Source of the DNA: a virus
Lineage: Duplodnaviria > Caudoviricetes
Strand: one strand, 5' to 3'
DNA length: 64,000 bases
Virus record (IMG/VR): IMGVR_UViG_3300011116_001007
The notes under the pieces are model-generated. The model searched no databases, had not been told where the DNA came from, and worked only from the letters and a program-made list of their open reading frames with translations. Positions 52,811 through 62,911 of this stretch are shown here, piece after piece; position 1 is the stretch's first letter; each line of letters starts with the position of its first letter. Both the position numbers and the translations under genes were made by a program.

Positions 52811-53385
52811 CTGACTTTTCGGGCTGGTGCTCCAACATAGTGTCCGGGCAGTAAAATATTTTTTGTTATCAGCGCACCAGCACCCAGCTGGACATCATCA
52901 CATATATTGACGTTGTCGATGATACTGCTACGCAATCCTAAAATACAAAATTTACCAACGGTGGTTGAACCAGCAATCATTGATCCAGGCATCAACATGG
53001 TTCCTTGCCCGACTACAGATTTATGTGCTATCATACAATATGGAGCAATCAAACAATCCTTACCTATTGTTGATTGATATAGTACTGATACAAATTGAGA
53101 CATAATAGTGCCATCCCCAATTGTTGAGTTAGGATCAACTACGCAACTTTTGTGTATGAATGTAGCTCTTTGTAAATTATCTTGATCAAATTTATTAATA
53201 ATTTGTTTTCGTAAGAGTATATCTCTAGTCACAGTGACAGCAAATTTATCTGTTTTTTCAAATTCGTCATTTAAAAATTTATCAGGATGCAGTATAGTGA
53301 CATTGAGATTGTCATTACAAATCAAATTAAAAATATCATTGGTTATAGTTGCTTCCGGAAACCCTACTAAAACTATTTTACTCAT
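52807..53385 (-). CDS. NeuD/PglD-like hexapeptide acetyltransferase
   Basis: Left-handed beta-helix repeats, GAGA, YVGAPAR. Confidence 0.88.
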   Translation of the reverse strand: MSKIVLVGFPEATITNDIFNLICNDNLNVTILHPDKFLNDEFEKTDKFAVTVTRDILLRKQIINKFDQDNLQRATFIHKSCVVDPNSTIGDGTIMSQFVSVLYQSTIGKDCLIAPYCMIAHKSVVGQGTMLMPGSMIAGSTTVGKFCILGLRSSIIDNVNICDDVQLGAGALITKNILLPGHYVGAPARKVS

Positions 53386-53621
53386 GATTGATTTTGATCT
53401 TCGTTTTCGATAAGTCGTCGAACATGTGGCAAACGCCTCATATTTTTATAAATTTTATAAATTGCAATAGGGCCTTTATTTGCCCAGAACCAAGGAAACA
53501 ATCCATGGATATACCCCATGAATGCTGTATGGATCAGTTTATTGCCAATCTCAACAGAATGCCTAAGATGTTGCCAATAACTCCAATTTGTTTCCTCTAA
53601 ATGCTTTTTTAATCGGCTCAT
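53382..53621 (-). CDS. DUF6356-like hypothetical protein
   Basis: HL..TN.SYWQH..HS..HGLFP. Confidence 0.6.
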   Translation of the reverse strand: MSRLKKHLEETNWSYWQHLRHSVEIGNKLIHTAFMGYIHGLFPWFWANKGPIAIYKIYKNMRRLPHVRRLIENEDQNQS

Positions 53622-54589
53622 AACGTTAATAACTTTTCGTATGCAATATCAAAGTCAGTCTGAATATTTATCAACCAGTTTTTTTTCATAGATTCTAGTA
53701 GAGATTTGTTCTGATCAGCAGCCTGTTGTGTGCGTTGTAGATTCAATGGTTGGTTAACTAATAATTTACACTGGTCTATTATGGCCAGTTGCCGTTGAAC
53801 AGTGTCGGCAATACAGTCATAGCTGTGGTCTACCAAATCATCCAGCACATCAAACCCTAATGTACGCAGGTTGTCTATTGCAAATTGGCTAGAAAAAAGA
53901 ACCCAGGGCCGGGGCAGTTGCAAACATCTAAATGTTTTTTCACTGTAGGTAATAATTTTATTATCATGAAAAAATGTTTCTAATACAATACTAAATTTTG
54001 AAGCCAAAACTACATTGGTCAAATCACCTGTGTCATTGAAATTTTTGTATGGTATTTGATTCTTAATAATGTTGTGTTCTTTCTCAAATATTGAATTGTA
54101 TTTTTGAAATCCTAACTCAAATCCTTGCGATGGTGATAATCCTACAAACTCCTGGCTGGGAACTCTGTTGTTGTTCATTTCACCGTTAAACGATATGAAT
54201 CCTCGATCAAACAACTCATGTCGAATCAATTGATAAATCCAGCTTTGTCGGAAAATGTCATATCTATTAACAAAACAATTGAAGTCTTTTTCTATCTTTA
54301 CTGAACTGTCGGGAAAATTAAAAAAATACATTCCATAAAAGACAGGATTAACAGTGTGTATATGTTTTTGTTGTTCAGGCAAACATTTAACAACATTATT
54401 GGTTATTATCAGTTTCTTAGAGTAGTCACTATTAAAAAACTTGTCAAGTTCAAGACCGTCACCTCCCCATACATATAATAATTTTCTATCATTATGTGAT
54501 GCACTTAATTTTTTATTTATTTGATCAGCTATTGTAAACAATGACCGACCAACTACTAGATATGAAAAAATAGGATCGGGAGTTATCAT
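53618..54589 (-). CDS. hypothetical protein (glycosyltransferase-like C-terminus)
   Basis: SIVLETF, SEKTFR, LGFDV..HSYD; paralog of 61850-62911. Confidence 0.65.
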   Translation of the reverse strand: MITPDPIFSYLVVGRSLFTIADQINKKLSASHNDRKLLYVWGGDGLELDKFFNSDYSKKLIITNNVVKCLPEQQKHIHTVNPVFYGMYFFNFPDSSVKIEKDFNCFVNRYDIFRQSWIYQLIRHELFDRGFISFNGEMNNNRVPSQEFVGLSPSQGFELGFQKYNSIFEKEHNIIKNQIPYKNFNDTGDLTNVVLASKFSIVLETFFHDNKIITYSEKTFRCLQLPRPWVLFSSQFAIDNLRTLGFDVLDDLVDHSYDCIADTVQRQLAIIDQCKLLVNQPLNLQRTQQAADQNKSLLESMKKNWLINIQTDFDIAYEKLLTL

Positions 54590-54600
54590 ACCGAGTATAA

Positions 54601-54861
54601 TTAAAGAGTTTTGCCTACTGTTTCCAAAATAGTTTCCAGCAGTTCGTGATCTTGTTTGGCCTTGCCAAATTCAGCTTTGTGTGCCAGTTTGATAGCTTTC
54701 TTTAGTACCGCTGGTTTGATTTCCAATTCTTCAGCAATGGCCTTGATGGTGTCGTTGAGGCCGCCTTGCAAGGTATCAATTTCGTGCATGACCTGCATGC
54801 CTTCGTTGATGATTTGTACAAGTTTGATTTTTTGATCGCCGTTGAAAGATTTGTCTGACAT
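54601..54861 (-). CDS. DsbA/GapR-like dsDNA-binding protein
   Basis: IKAIAEELEIKPAVLKKAIKL; promoter upstream. Confidence 0.65.
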   Translation of the reverse strand: MSDKSFNGDQKIKLVQIINEGMQVMHEIDTLQGGLNDTIKAIAEELEIKPAVLKKAIKLAHKAEFGKAKQDHELLETILETVGKTL

Positions 54862-54882
54862 AATGTCTCCTAATAAAATGCA

Positions 54883-54911
54883 AGTATAGTTGATGTTGCA
54901 GGCAAAGTCAA
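54883..54911 (-). promoter_or_regulatory. sigma70-type promoter
   Basis: TTGACT-N17-TATACT. Confidence 0.75.
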
Positions 54912-55012
54912 TTGAAATGTGCTCACTTTGGAGAGTTGCCGTAGCGAATGGCTCTTCTCCGGGCAGCAGCCGCCCCACACTTCGGTAACAAGGTACCGGT
55001 CCTAAGGTGTGT

Positions 55013-56470
55013 TCATTTGGACAATAGTCGGCGTTGGTCGGTAATCTCAATCACTCGTTCTACCAAGTGACTGCGTTGAGCAAATGCCACTTCGTCCAGC
55101 ATGCCATGACGTGTGTATTGACGATCAATGTAGTTCCGAATGTGTCGCACGTCGTCTGCTGTGCTGGCTGTTTTTAACATGGTGTTGACAGTGTTCACAG
55201 TTTCTTTGACTCGTTGTTTCTTTTGTTTTTCTAGTGCAGCAAGGGAATCTTTGGTACGTTGTGCAATAATTTTTTTAACACCTTCTTCACCGCCATTGGC
55301 ATCCATGGTATCTTGATTGAACTTGCCAGTTTTGTAATATTTTGCTGCACCGTCGGCTCCTAGAAATATAGCAATACTTGGTGCTTCGGGGTGTTTATTG
55401 ATGTCTACCCCCAATTGATCCATGCGTTTTAAATTTTTATCATTGACAATATTAAATGCACGGTCCTGGTCTTCAGGTGTCCATTGTTTCAGTGGCTTTT
55501 GCAAGGTGGCATCTTCGCCACGTGCAGCTAAGATTGCAGCATTGGTCAACCCGTATGCACCCCATGCTGTGGTTTTTCTATTGTCTGGCCCTGCCGATCC
55601 AGTACCGGGAGCATAATGATGCCCGATGTCATAATCATCACCTGATTCACGTTTTTTTACTAAACCTGCTAGCCAATTACCTACCTGACCGGCTTTGTCT
55701 GCAGCACCTTTTTCTATACGTTGTATAACGTTAGGCTGCGATGGTGTGGGGGTGACCACATGCTTGGGCAGCACCACCGGGGGTTTTGGTTTTTTGGCAG
55801 TGACAATCTCTTCGCCGGGTGCCATAGAATCTGCAGCAGGCACCATTTCCGGCGCTGCTGCCGCTGATCGTGCCGCCGGTGCTGGGCTGCTGGGCATAAC
55901 AGATGGAGGCACAGCCCGACTACCTTTGGGAGTTAGTTCAGGAAATACATTAGAAACAAACTCGCCCGATGCAACTCGTTTTAATTTATCTACTAAAGAT
56001 GGTGCAGCAACCGGAGCAACAGCTGGCGGTAGATTTCCAGCATTTGGCCAAACTTGTACTTTGGGGTTTGCAATAGGATTTGGATCTTTCCAATTAGGCG
56101 ATCCAGACACCGGATCTCTGTCAGTACTGTGGGTGCCCATTGGTACTTGAGCAGGCACAGCAACTACTGGAGCAACAGACGGCGTTTGTATTTTTTTAGC
56201 TATTTTGGATAAATTATCACCGCGTTGTACTGCATAACTTGAGCCATCGGGCAAACTCAAAACTTGTCCGGGTTTGATAAGATTTGGATTGTTACCAATT
56301 ATGTCTTGATTGTTGAGATAGATTTGATTTACCAAATCTGGATCTATAGACCGATCTTCTTCTTCTAATGTGGGTGCTGCTGGTGCTTGTGGTGCCTTGG
56401 GTAATGCCAATGCAGGTGACCTAGGTGACATTGATGTTTCATTCACTGCAAAGAAATTTTCTAAGATCAT
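55013..56470 (-). CDS. LysM + lysozyme/transglycosylase-like protein
   Basis: NPNLIKPGQVL and YAVQRGDNLSKIA (LysM), Pro-rich linker, RESG..AWGAYGL. Confidence 0.75.
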   Translation of the reverse strand: MILENFFAVNETSMSPRSPALALPKAPQAPAAPTLEEEDRSIDPDLVNQIYLNNQDIIGNNPNLIKPGQVLSLPDGSSYAVQRGDNLSKIAKKIQTPSVAPVVAVPAQVPMGTHSTDRDPVSGSPNWKDPNPIANPKVQVWPNAGNLPPAVAPVAAPSLVDKLKRVASGEFVSNVFPELTPKGSRAVPPSVMPSSPAPAARSAAAAPEMVPAADSMAPGEEIVTAKKPKPPVVLPKHVVTPTPSQPNVIQRIEKGAADKAGQVGNWLAGLVKKRESGDDYDIGHHYAPGTGSAGPDNRKTTAWGAYGLTNAAILAARGEDATLQKPLKQWTPEDQDRAFNIVNDKNLKRMDQLGVDINKHPEAPSIAIFLGADGAAKYYKTGKFNQDTMDANGGEEGVKKIIAQRTKDSLAALEKQKKQRVKETVNTVNTMLKTASTADDVRHIRNYIDRQYTRHGMLDEVAFAQRSHLVERVIEITDQRRLLSK

Positions 56471-56471
56471 T

Positions 56472-57359
56472 TTATTTTTCTTCTAAGTAATCTTGATTTG
56501 AATCCGCAGGTTGACGATTCTGAAACAGTCTCACTGCTATATCAGCATGTTCAAGGTTTGGGAACCGTGTGGGCAAGCTGCGACCCGCATGACGTATTTC
56601 AAATCCGTTTTGTTCGTCACCCCAGCATTCCAATGTTTTGCCATTTTCCATAGCGTAGGTTCTAACTGGTGCATTTTCTTTTACTGGCAATAACGTATTG
56701 GGATTGATCCCTGCTTTTTTTGACTGCTCAGCTGCTTGCAACTCTGCAGGTGACGGCGGCGCCGGAATACCTTTTGCAGCGTTTGTAATTTGTTCATCGT
56801 CGGGCAACCAACTGCCAGTTTTGTACTTGTCTCTTGCGGCCTGCACAGCCATGCTAGGAAAACTCAACGGTGGATATATTCCTGCACCAGAAATACCTGC
56901 ACCAACGTAGTCGCCTAGATTTGCTCTGTTTATAGCATCTTGTGCTTGTAATCCAGCACCAATCACTGGCAGACTTTTTCCAAGTGCTTTGGCACCAACA
57001 GACATTGCACCAGCTTCTTCAACTTCGCCGTGCTCTATTGCGTCCAAGGCTTTGTTTTTTAGTTCGTTGCTGACACGACCTTTCTTTTCCAAGTGGTCAA
57101 GATATTGTGTGAGATCTTTTTTGACTCGACTGACCATGTCTTCTTCAATCTCAGCCATGGCTTCTTCCAAAGCAGTGCCGCGTCGCTCGCCCACCATGTA
57201 TCCATCCATGGGATCAGCAGGATCTGTTTGGCTGCCCAACACACGAATATGCTTGGGTTTGAACAATGCAGGCAGTTGCGGAACTTTCTGTTGTGCAGGG
57301 GACAGGCGTCCTTCCACAGTGGCCAGCCGGTCCAGTATGTGTCTTATGTCGTTGCTCAT
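56472..57359 (-). CDS. putative internal head protein
   Basis: MSNDIRHIL.., multiple (V/L)xE sites, ends DYLEEK. Confidence 0.6.
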   Translation of the reverse strand: MSNDIRHILDRLATVEGRLSPAQQKVPQLPALFKPKHIRVLGSQTDPADPMDGYMVGERRGTALEEAMAEIEEDMVSRVKKDLTQYLDHLEKKGRVSNELKNKALDAIEHGEVEEAGAMSVGAKALGKSLPVIGAGLQAQDAINRANLGDYVGAGISGAGIYPPLSFPSMAVQAARDKYKTGSWLPDDEQITNAAKGIPAPPSPAELQAAEQSKKAGINPNTLLPVKENAPVRTYAMENGKTLECWGDEQNGFEIRHAGRSLPTRFPNLEHADIAVRLFQNRQPADSNQDYLEEK

Positions 57360-57796
57360 GCCCGTTCAACTTTTAAATAACTTAACAATTGCCAACGATA
57401 CTTGCCGTGAGCACTGAGTCGTTCTGCTATAAAGTTGGCGATACCTTGCTCGTTTTCTTCGGTGGCAGCAGCAAAGCAACTGTTGAGAATATCAAGCATC
57501 TGATCATTGTTGGCATGCAGTTCCTCCAGCATGAGTCGAGCACGTGGAATTTTTGTCTGTCCTGCAATCTGTGTGAGTTCTGTGAAACGTTCAAAACTGG
57601 CTGGAGAGTATTCGCCCAGGTAGCGTATGTATTCTGCAGTGGGATCAATGGCCGAATAAGCATCTTCGTAAATGCCCTGAAAGAATGTATGCAGCTCTCC
57701 AAAGTCTGGCCCTTCCACATTCCAGTGAAAACCGTGGGCCTTGATGTAGTAAGCAAAATTACTTGCTAGGAGAATTTTTAAACTGTCTGCGAGCAT
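57356..57796 (-). CDS. dps: Dps / DNA starvation ferritin
   Basis: HGFHWNVEGPDFGELH, D..AEYIR, H.KYRWQL. Confidence 0.93.
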   Translation of the reverse strand: MLADSLKILLASNFAYYIKAHGFHWNVEGPDFGELHTFFQGIYEDAYSAIDPTAEYIRYLGEYSPASFERFTELTQIAGQTKIPRARLMLEELHANNDQMLDILNSCFAAATEENEQGIANFIAERLSAHGKYRWQLLSYLKVERA

Positions 57797-57983
57797 GCTG
57801 GGTCCTTTTGTATTCTTTTGGAGTATTCGGAGTAGGGTCCGAGTCCGTGATATATTTACCAGAAAGCATGGATCCACCTGATCTTGTTTGCATGCCCATG
57901 CCCATGCTTACTGGTGCTATACTGCCACTTGAAGTGCCGCCTGCACTGGCACCATCTTCCATTATGAATTCTTTGGCTCTCAT
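57759..57983 (-). CDS. small putative internal head protein
   Basis: Starts MRAKEFIME. Confidence 0.65.
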   Translation of the reverse strand: MRAKEFIMEDGASAGGTSSGSIAPVSMGMGMQTRSGGSMLSGKYITDSDPTPNTPKEYKRTQHARRQFKNSPSK

Positions 57984-58459
57984 GGTTTGATCAAAACAGG
58001 TGACCATTCACCTGTTTCCTTATTAAAAACTTCAGCATGGCCGGCATTGACTGCTGTGTCGCTGGGTACTTTATCTACAGGCACACGTACTTTGGCATTA
58101 TCGCTTGCATTTTTCCAGTCTCGTCCAAAATGTCCTTCAGCATCTCCTGAAGACCAAAATTTCTGATCTGGAGACCAACCCGGTGTTTTTCCAGGATTGG
58201 GATTGGCTTGAAAATACCCAGTTGTCTGTGCATGTTGTAGCTCTGCAGGGCTCATGTTTCTGTAAGCATGAGTTATATCCTCAGGTTTTGCAGGCACTCG
58301 TCCAGTAAGCATTGATGAGCTAGTAGGCGGCGTCACAACAATATTTTTAACAGCAGGTTCTATCCTGGTTGCTGCCTTGGCCACAGCCGGTTCACCTGCT
58401 TTAAATGCTTTTGCTAAAAAAGAAGTCAATCCTTCACGGACAAATTCTTGGGCTCGCAT
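57980..58459 (-). CDS. putative internal head protein
   Basis: Starts MRAQEFVRE. Confidence 0.65.
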   Translation of the reverse strand: MRAQEFVREGLTSFLAKAFKAGEPAVAKAATRIEPAVKNIVVTPPTSSSMLTGRVPAKPEDITHAYRNMSPAELQHAQTTGYFQANPNPGKTPGWSPDQKFWSSGDAEGHFGRDWKNASDNAKVRVPVDKVPSDTAVNAGHAEVFNKETGEWSPVLIKP

Positions 58460-59577
58460 CAGCAGTTCCACTTCCTCAGTGCCAGCGCCTTGCGTGTGGG
58501 TTTGCCATTGGGTTTCTTCATTGGACCGTCCACACCACTCATTCTAGCGCAGAAACTCTTGCGACGTTTGGCTGCTTTTGATCCAGGCTTGAGTTTTGAA
58601 GGCTTGGTGGTCACTGCCATCTGCAAATGACTGCCGGGATGTTCTCTGCGATAGCTGGCAACACCTTTGCGATTCAATCCGCCCTTGGCGCTCTTGCCTG
58701 CTTTGCGTCGCCAAGCAGCAGTTTCGCGAACAATCTGTTCATCTGTCACTGTGTCAAATGCATCTTCGGTAAGTCCACGTTCGGCCATGGCCTGTTCAAA
58801 ATCATCAAATATCTCATGAGCTTCCTCCAAGCTGCAGATGCTTTCTGCAGGATTGATGCTTCTGTAACCCAGTGAGTATTGTTCTACTTCTTCGGGATGT
58901 CGTGCTTGCTTGTCTTGCATGGTTTTCAACTGTGTGCGTGGGTTGAGTGTTTTAACTTTTCTGTTGGGATTTTGTTTGACATCACGGCGAGCATCCGCCA
59001 CACCGGCCGCATGCCAATGATTGTTTTCCGCCACACCTTGCTCTTCCACTCGGCCAGCATTGTGTGCTTTCCATGCTGTGGCAAAAGCAATAGATTTTTC
59101 TTGAGGAGTCAGCTTGCCATCCCGGGCATAACCCTGTTTAATGTGTTTGACCATGCGTTCGGCTTTGGCGCCTGGAGGGGCAACTTCAGCCACATCGCGC
59201 ATCAAATGATTGGCATCGCCGGACTTTTTCCATGCATCCCACATGGCTCGGCCGGCTGGCAATTGATTTCTGCTTGGCACAATGGTGTTGCCCAGGGCTC
59301 GCACATAGGCATAGATGTTACGTGCTAGACCTTGACCTTGATATTCAGGACGGAAACTGGTGATCAAGGATACCACGCCTGCTTTGCTTGGTTTGAATTT
59401 GGCAAGACCTGCTTGTTGAAAGTTGTCATCCAGCACTTTGACTGTGAGCACTGGCTTGCCGTATTCTTCTTCCACCGTGGCCCGATATGTCAACCCGTCA
59501 AAAATTTGTGTGTCATTAAATGCTGGATTAAAACAATCTGGATTGATTGCTTCTGTAATAAATTCTTTTGATCTCAT
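58459..59577 (-). CDS. multidomain putative head protein (GNAT-like + DUF6321-like)
   Basis: Starts MRSKEFITE; YQGQGLA acetyl-CoA motif; C-terminal GGLNRKG..RRKSFCARM..WNC. Confidence 0.7.
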   Translation of the reverse strand: MRSKEFITEAINPDCFNPAFNDTQIFDGLTYRATVEEEYGKPVLTVKVLDDNFQQAGLAKFKPSKAGVVSLITSFRPEYQGQGLARNIYAYVRALGNTIVPSRNQLPAGRAMWDAWKKSGDANHLMRDVAEVAPPGAKAERMVKHIKQGYARDGKLTPQEKSIAFATAWKAHNAGRVEEQGVAENNHWHAAGVADARRDVKQNPNRKVKTLNPRTQLKTMQDKQARHPEEVEQYSLGYRSINPAESICSLEEAHEIFDDFEQAMAERGLTEDAFDTVTDEQIVRETAAWRRKAGKSAKGGLNRKGVASYRREHPGSHLQMAVTTKPSKLKPGSKAAKRRKSFCARMSGVDGPMKKPNGKPTRKALALRKWNC

Positions 59578-59876
59578 TAAAATATCCTCAACGAAACTTC
59601 GTCACTGCCCACACCAACGATGACACCTGGACCGTCAATCACACGAAAATTGGTCACACGTATGCGCCCTGCTTCTCGGTCCACTGTTTCGTAACGTATG
59701 GGATATGTGCCCGTGGGTGCCATGATCTGATGTGTTTCTTCAAGATAAGTGTCAGTCCAGATCCAATTGCGCTCAGTGAACAATTCGTCATTGACGTATG
59801 CTCGATATCGCAGATTAGCACCCGGATACCGTTTGGCACTGACATCAACAGTAAATTGTATGAATTTAGGCTCCAT
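59577..59876 (-). CDS. hypothetical protein
   Basis: YRAYVNDELFTER..W. Confidence 0.7.
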   Translation of the reverse strand: MEPKFIQFTVDVSAKRYPGANLRYRAYVNDELFTERNWIWTDTYLEETHQIMAPTGTYPIRYETVDREAGRIRVTNFRVIDGPGVIVGVGSDEVSLRIF

Positions 59877-59913
59877 AATTTATTTAGCAAAATATGCACC
59901 TATAAATATCTAT

Positions 59914-60954
59914 ATGCTTAAATTAGTTGACGTGCGGCAGATTCAAATTGAACTCACCACAAGATGCAACGCTCGTTGCCCCATGTGCATGCGAAACTAT
60001 CGAGGTATTGACTACAATTCGGGATATCCTGTGTGCGAACTCGGCCTTGCTGATTTCAAAAAAATACTCACACCTGCAATATTGACTGGAATCATGAGAT
60101 CAGACCCGCCAGTGAATGGAAGAGTTCCGATCAACTACAACTTTCAAGGCATCAATTTCAATGGCAATCTTGGCGATTTTTCCAACGCAAAAGATGGTGC
60201 AGAGATTGTGGAGTATCTGGTAGAGCACGGAGTTAATGTTCGTATCAATACCAATGGCAGTACCAGAACTCCAGATTGGTGGGCAAGATTGGCCCGTCCC
60301 GGAGTCTCAATAGGATTTGCATTAGATGGCCTGGCTGACACCCATCATCTGTACAGGCAGGACACAGACTGGCACAAAATAATAGCAAATGCCCAGGCGT
60401 TTATCAACGCAGGTGGGCATGCAGAATGGAGATTTGCGCCATTTGATCACAATCGCCATCAACAAGATGCATGCGAGAAATTATCTCGCGTGATGGGATT
60501 TGCTAGATTTGAAAACATATATGATGGCCGTGATCGCGGGCCAGTGTTCAATCGAGATCAAACATTCAGCCATCATATCGGCGAACCTGTTGGTCCAGCT
60601 CCGGATGTGCAGCCCATGTTGGAAAGTCATATCACATGGTATGATTCACGCACATTCCGCAGCGAAAAAGATTCCACCACATTGAATTTGCAATGCACAC
60701 ACAAAATGAACAGAGAGATATACATAGCAGCAGATGGATCTGTGTATCCTTGTTGCTATTTGGGGTTCTATCCAAAAACGATGAATTATCCAGGCAACAA
60801 AGAACTGGCACCCATGGTGCAACAAAACAATGCATTGGAACACACACTGGAGCATTGCCTGGAATGGTTTGAATCCATTGAACAGTCCTGGGCCAAAGAC
60901 AGTATCAGTCAAGGCCGAACATATCAATGCATAACTACATGTAATCGTGTATGA
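59914..60954 (+). CDS. radical SAM / SPASM-type enzyme
   Basis: CNARCPMC, GNLGD, TNG, YPCC; TATAAATA just upstream. Confidence 0.9.
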   Translation: MLKLVDVRQIQIELTTRCNARCPMCMRNYRGIDYNSGYPVCELGLADFKKILTPAILTGIMRSDPPVNGRVPINYNFQGINFNGNLGDFSNAKDGAEIVEYLVEHGVNVRINTNGSTRTPDWWARLARPGVSIGFALDGLADTHHLYRQDTDWHKIIANAQAFINAGGHAEWRFAPFDHNRHQQDACEKLSRVMGFARFENIYDGRDRGPVFNRDQTFSHHIGEPVGPAPDVQPMLESHITWYDSRTFRSEKDSTTLNLQCTHKMNREIYIAADGSVYPCCYLGFYPKTMNYPGNKELAPMVQQNNALEHTLEHCLEWFESIEQSWAKDSISQGRTYQCITTCNRV

Positions 60955-60990
60955 ATGCATGGCCTTATCATATCAATTTAGGAACATATT

Positions 60991-61869
60991 ATGACATCAG
61001 CAAAAATTTTATATCTAGCACGCTATCGCGTGCCACACGCAATCATGAGTTTGCAACCAGAGTTTACCCGGCACCTTATTGGTGTGGATAGAACCTGTAT
61101 TGCCAGCCCTGTGCCCAAAGATGAACTTTGGACTGTGTTCGAACAGTACGGCGTAGATACATCAAAATTTGACTACGCACCAGATTCAGAAATTTATAGA
61201 CTATACCCCGAAGTCAACAACTGGGTGTTTGACGGGGACTACAGAACATACTGGTTGCGCCAGCAGGCCATCAAGTTTGCTTTTTTAGACATGTTGGATT
61301 ATGATCTCATGATCATGCATGACTGCGATTGCTTGTTGATCAAAGACTATGAACCCTTTAAAGATGGCCGGCTCAACTTCATGGTGTTGGAAAATGAACG
61401 CCACAGTTGGGGCTATTACGAAAGTATCAAAAATGCACTGGGCTTTGAACGACTGACACCGCATTGCTTTATCAGTGAGTTTGTGCCTGTGCTCAAGAAA
61501 GACTTCAACGACCTTGTGAAATTTCTAGAAGACAAACACAAAAAGAAATGGCTGGATGCCATGATTGATTCATGTCCACCTGAGCCCACCGTACCGCCCT
61601 GGGGCAACGGCGAGCTCATACGCTGGTTCTCGGAGTACGAGTTCATTGGCAACTGGGCCATGAGTCGCAATGACATCACCATGGAATTCCAACGACGCTA
61701 TCACTACGATAGCATGGAAAAGATTGGCGACTTTGATCCCACATATCATACTGCTGTGTGTGATGCTGTGCCTGACCTTAGATTTAGTTTGCAATATGAC
61801 TGGGATAAAAAAGAGATTCCCCAGTTTGAATACTACATGGACAAGATACGTGAGCGCCTGGCCCGATAA
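60991..61869 (+). CDS. glycosyltransferase-like (DUF6492-like) protein
   Basis: WLRQQAIK, DCD, FSEYE. Confidence 0.6.
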   Translation: MTSAKILYLARYRVPHAIMSLQPEFTRHLIGVDRTCIASPVPKDELWTVFEQYGVDTSKFDYAPDSEIYRLYPEVNNWVFDGDYRTYWLRQQAIKFAFLDMLDYDLMIMHDCDCLLIKDYEPFKDGRLNFMVLENERHSWGYYESIKNALGFERLTPHCFISEFVPVLKKDFNDLVKFLEDKHKKKWLDAMIDSCPPEPTVPPWGNGELIRWFSEYEFIGNWAMSRNDITMEFQRRYHYDSMEKIGDFDPTYHTAVCDAVPDLRFSLQYDWDKKEIPQFEYYMDKIRERLAR

Positions 61870-62911
61870 ACTTCAAGTATTCTCTCCAGGATATCAAGCC
61901 ATTGAATGGGGGTTTGGGTATGATCAAATTGTAGACCTTGACACAGCATTGAGCCAGCCTCACAAAATAGCTGTGATGCCAGTTTTTTACAGTTTACCCA
62001 ACAAGTTTGATTATCGACCCGAGTACATGCAATTTCCGTTGCACAAATTTGACCTGGTGTTGTTTACTGACATTGAATGGCATTCAAAAACTGAACTGAT
62101 TGCTTGGATAGAAACTACAGGTATCAGCAACTGGTTGTTGCACACAGCAGGTGTATGGTTGGATGAGCCACATGACCCAAGAGTGATCTATCGACCAGCC
62201 TGGAGTTTTAATTTCTTGCGATGGAATCCGCCCCGAGAAGATTTCCCCCTAGAACGTCCATTTGCATTTGAATGTTTGTTGGGAGCCCGACGTGAACACA
62301 GAGATTTTGTCATGCTGAGCTTGCAAAAATCTAACCTGTTGGAACAGAACATCGTGACCTATCGTGATTTATTTGTGGGTCACTGGATTGATCAGACTCC
62401 TGAACGTGTGGCTCGACTGTTTGACAACACTGTTTTACAGTATCCTTACGTGAGCGCCAATCTTGACCCTGCGTGGGAAGTCAAAAAAGACATGGACAAT
62501 TCAGTCAGTGGGCTGGTGCCCTGGGAGATCTACAATAGAACTTGGTTTAGTGTGGTATGCGAAACACTGGCACAAGGTCGTGTGTTTTTGTCAGCAGAAA
62601 AAATTGCCAAATGCCTACAGGCACGTAGATTGTTTGTGGTGTTTGGCATACAGGGATTTTTGCAGCACTATAGAGACTGGGGTTTTGAAACATTTGGCGA
62701 TGTAATAGATGAAACCTACGACTCAGAGCCCGATGATATAACACGTTGGGGCTGTGCATTTGAACAGGTAAAATCATTGTGCAATCAAGACTTACCGGTT
62801 CTGCTGAAAAAACTGCAACCCAGGCTGGATCACAACCACCACAGACTGTATGCTCTTGAACAAGAAAAACGTCAAGAGCTACAGAATTTTGTGGTTGATC
62901 ACTTGAAGTGA
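61850..62911 (+). CDS. hypothetical protein (glycosyltransferase-like C-terminus)
   Basis: SVVCET, AEKIAK, GFETF...DETYD; GTG start inferred. Confidence 0.65.
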   Translation: MSAWPDKLQVFSPGYQAIEWGFGYDQIVDLDTALSQPHKIAVMPVFYSLPNKFDYRPEYMQFPLHKFDLVLFTDIEWHSKTELIAWIETTGISNWLLHTAGVWLDEPHDPRVIYRPAWSFNFLRWNPPREDFPLERPFAFECLLGARREHRDFVMLSLQKSNLLEQNIVTYRDLFVGHWIDQTPERVARLFDNTVLQYPYVSANLDPAWEVKKDMDNSVSGLVPWEIYNRTWFSVVCETLAQGRVFLSAEKIAKCLQARRLFVVFGIQGFLQHYRDWGFETFGDVIDETYDSEPDDITRWGCAFEQVKSLCNQDLPVLLKKLQPRLDHNHHRLYALEQEKRQELQNFVVDHLK

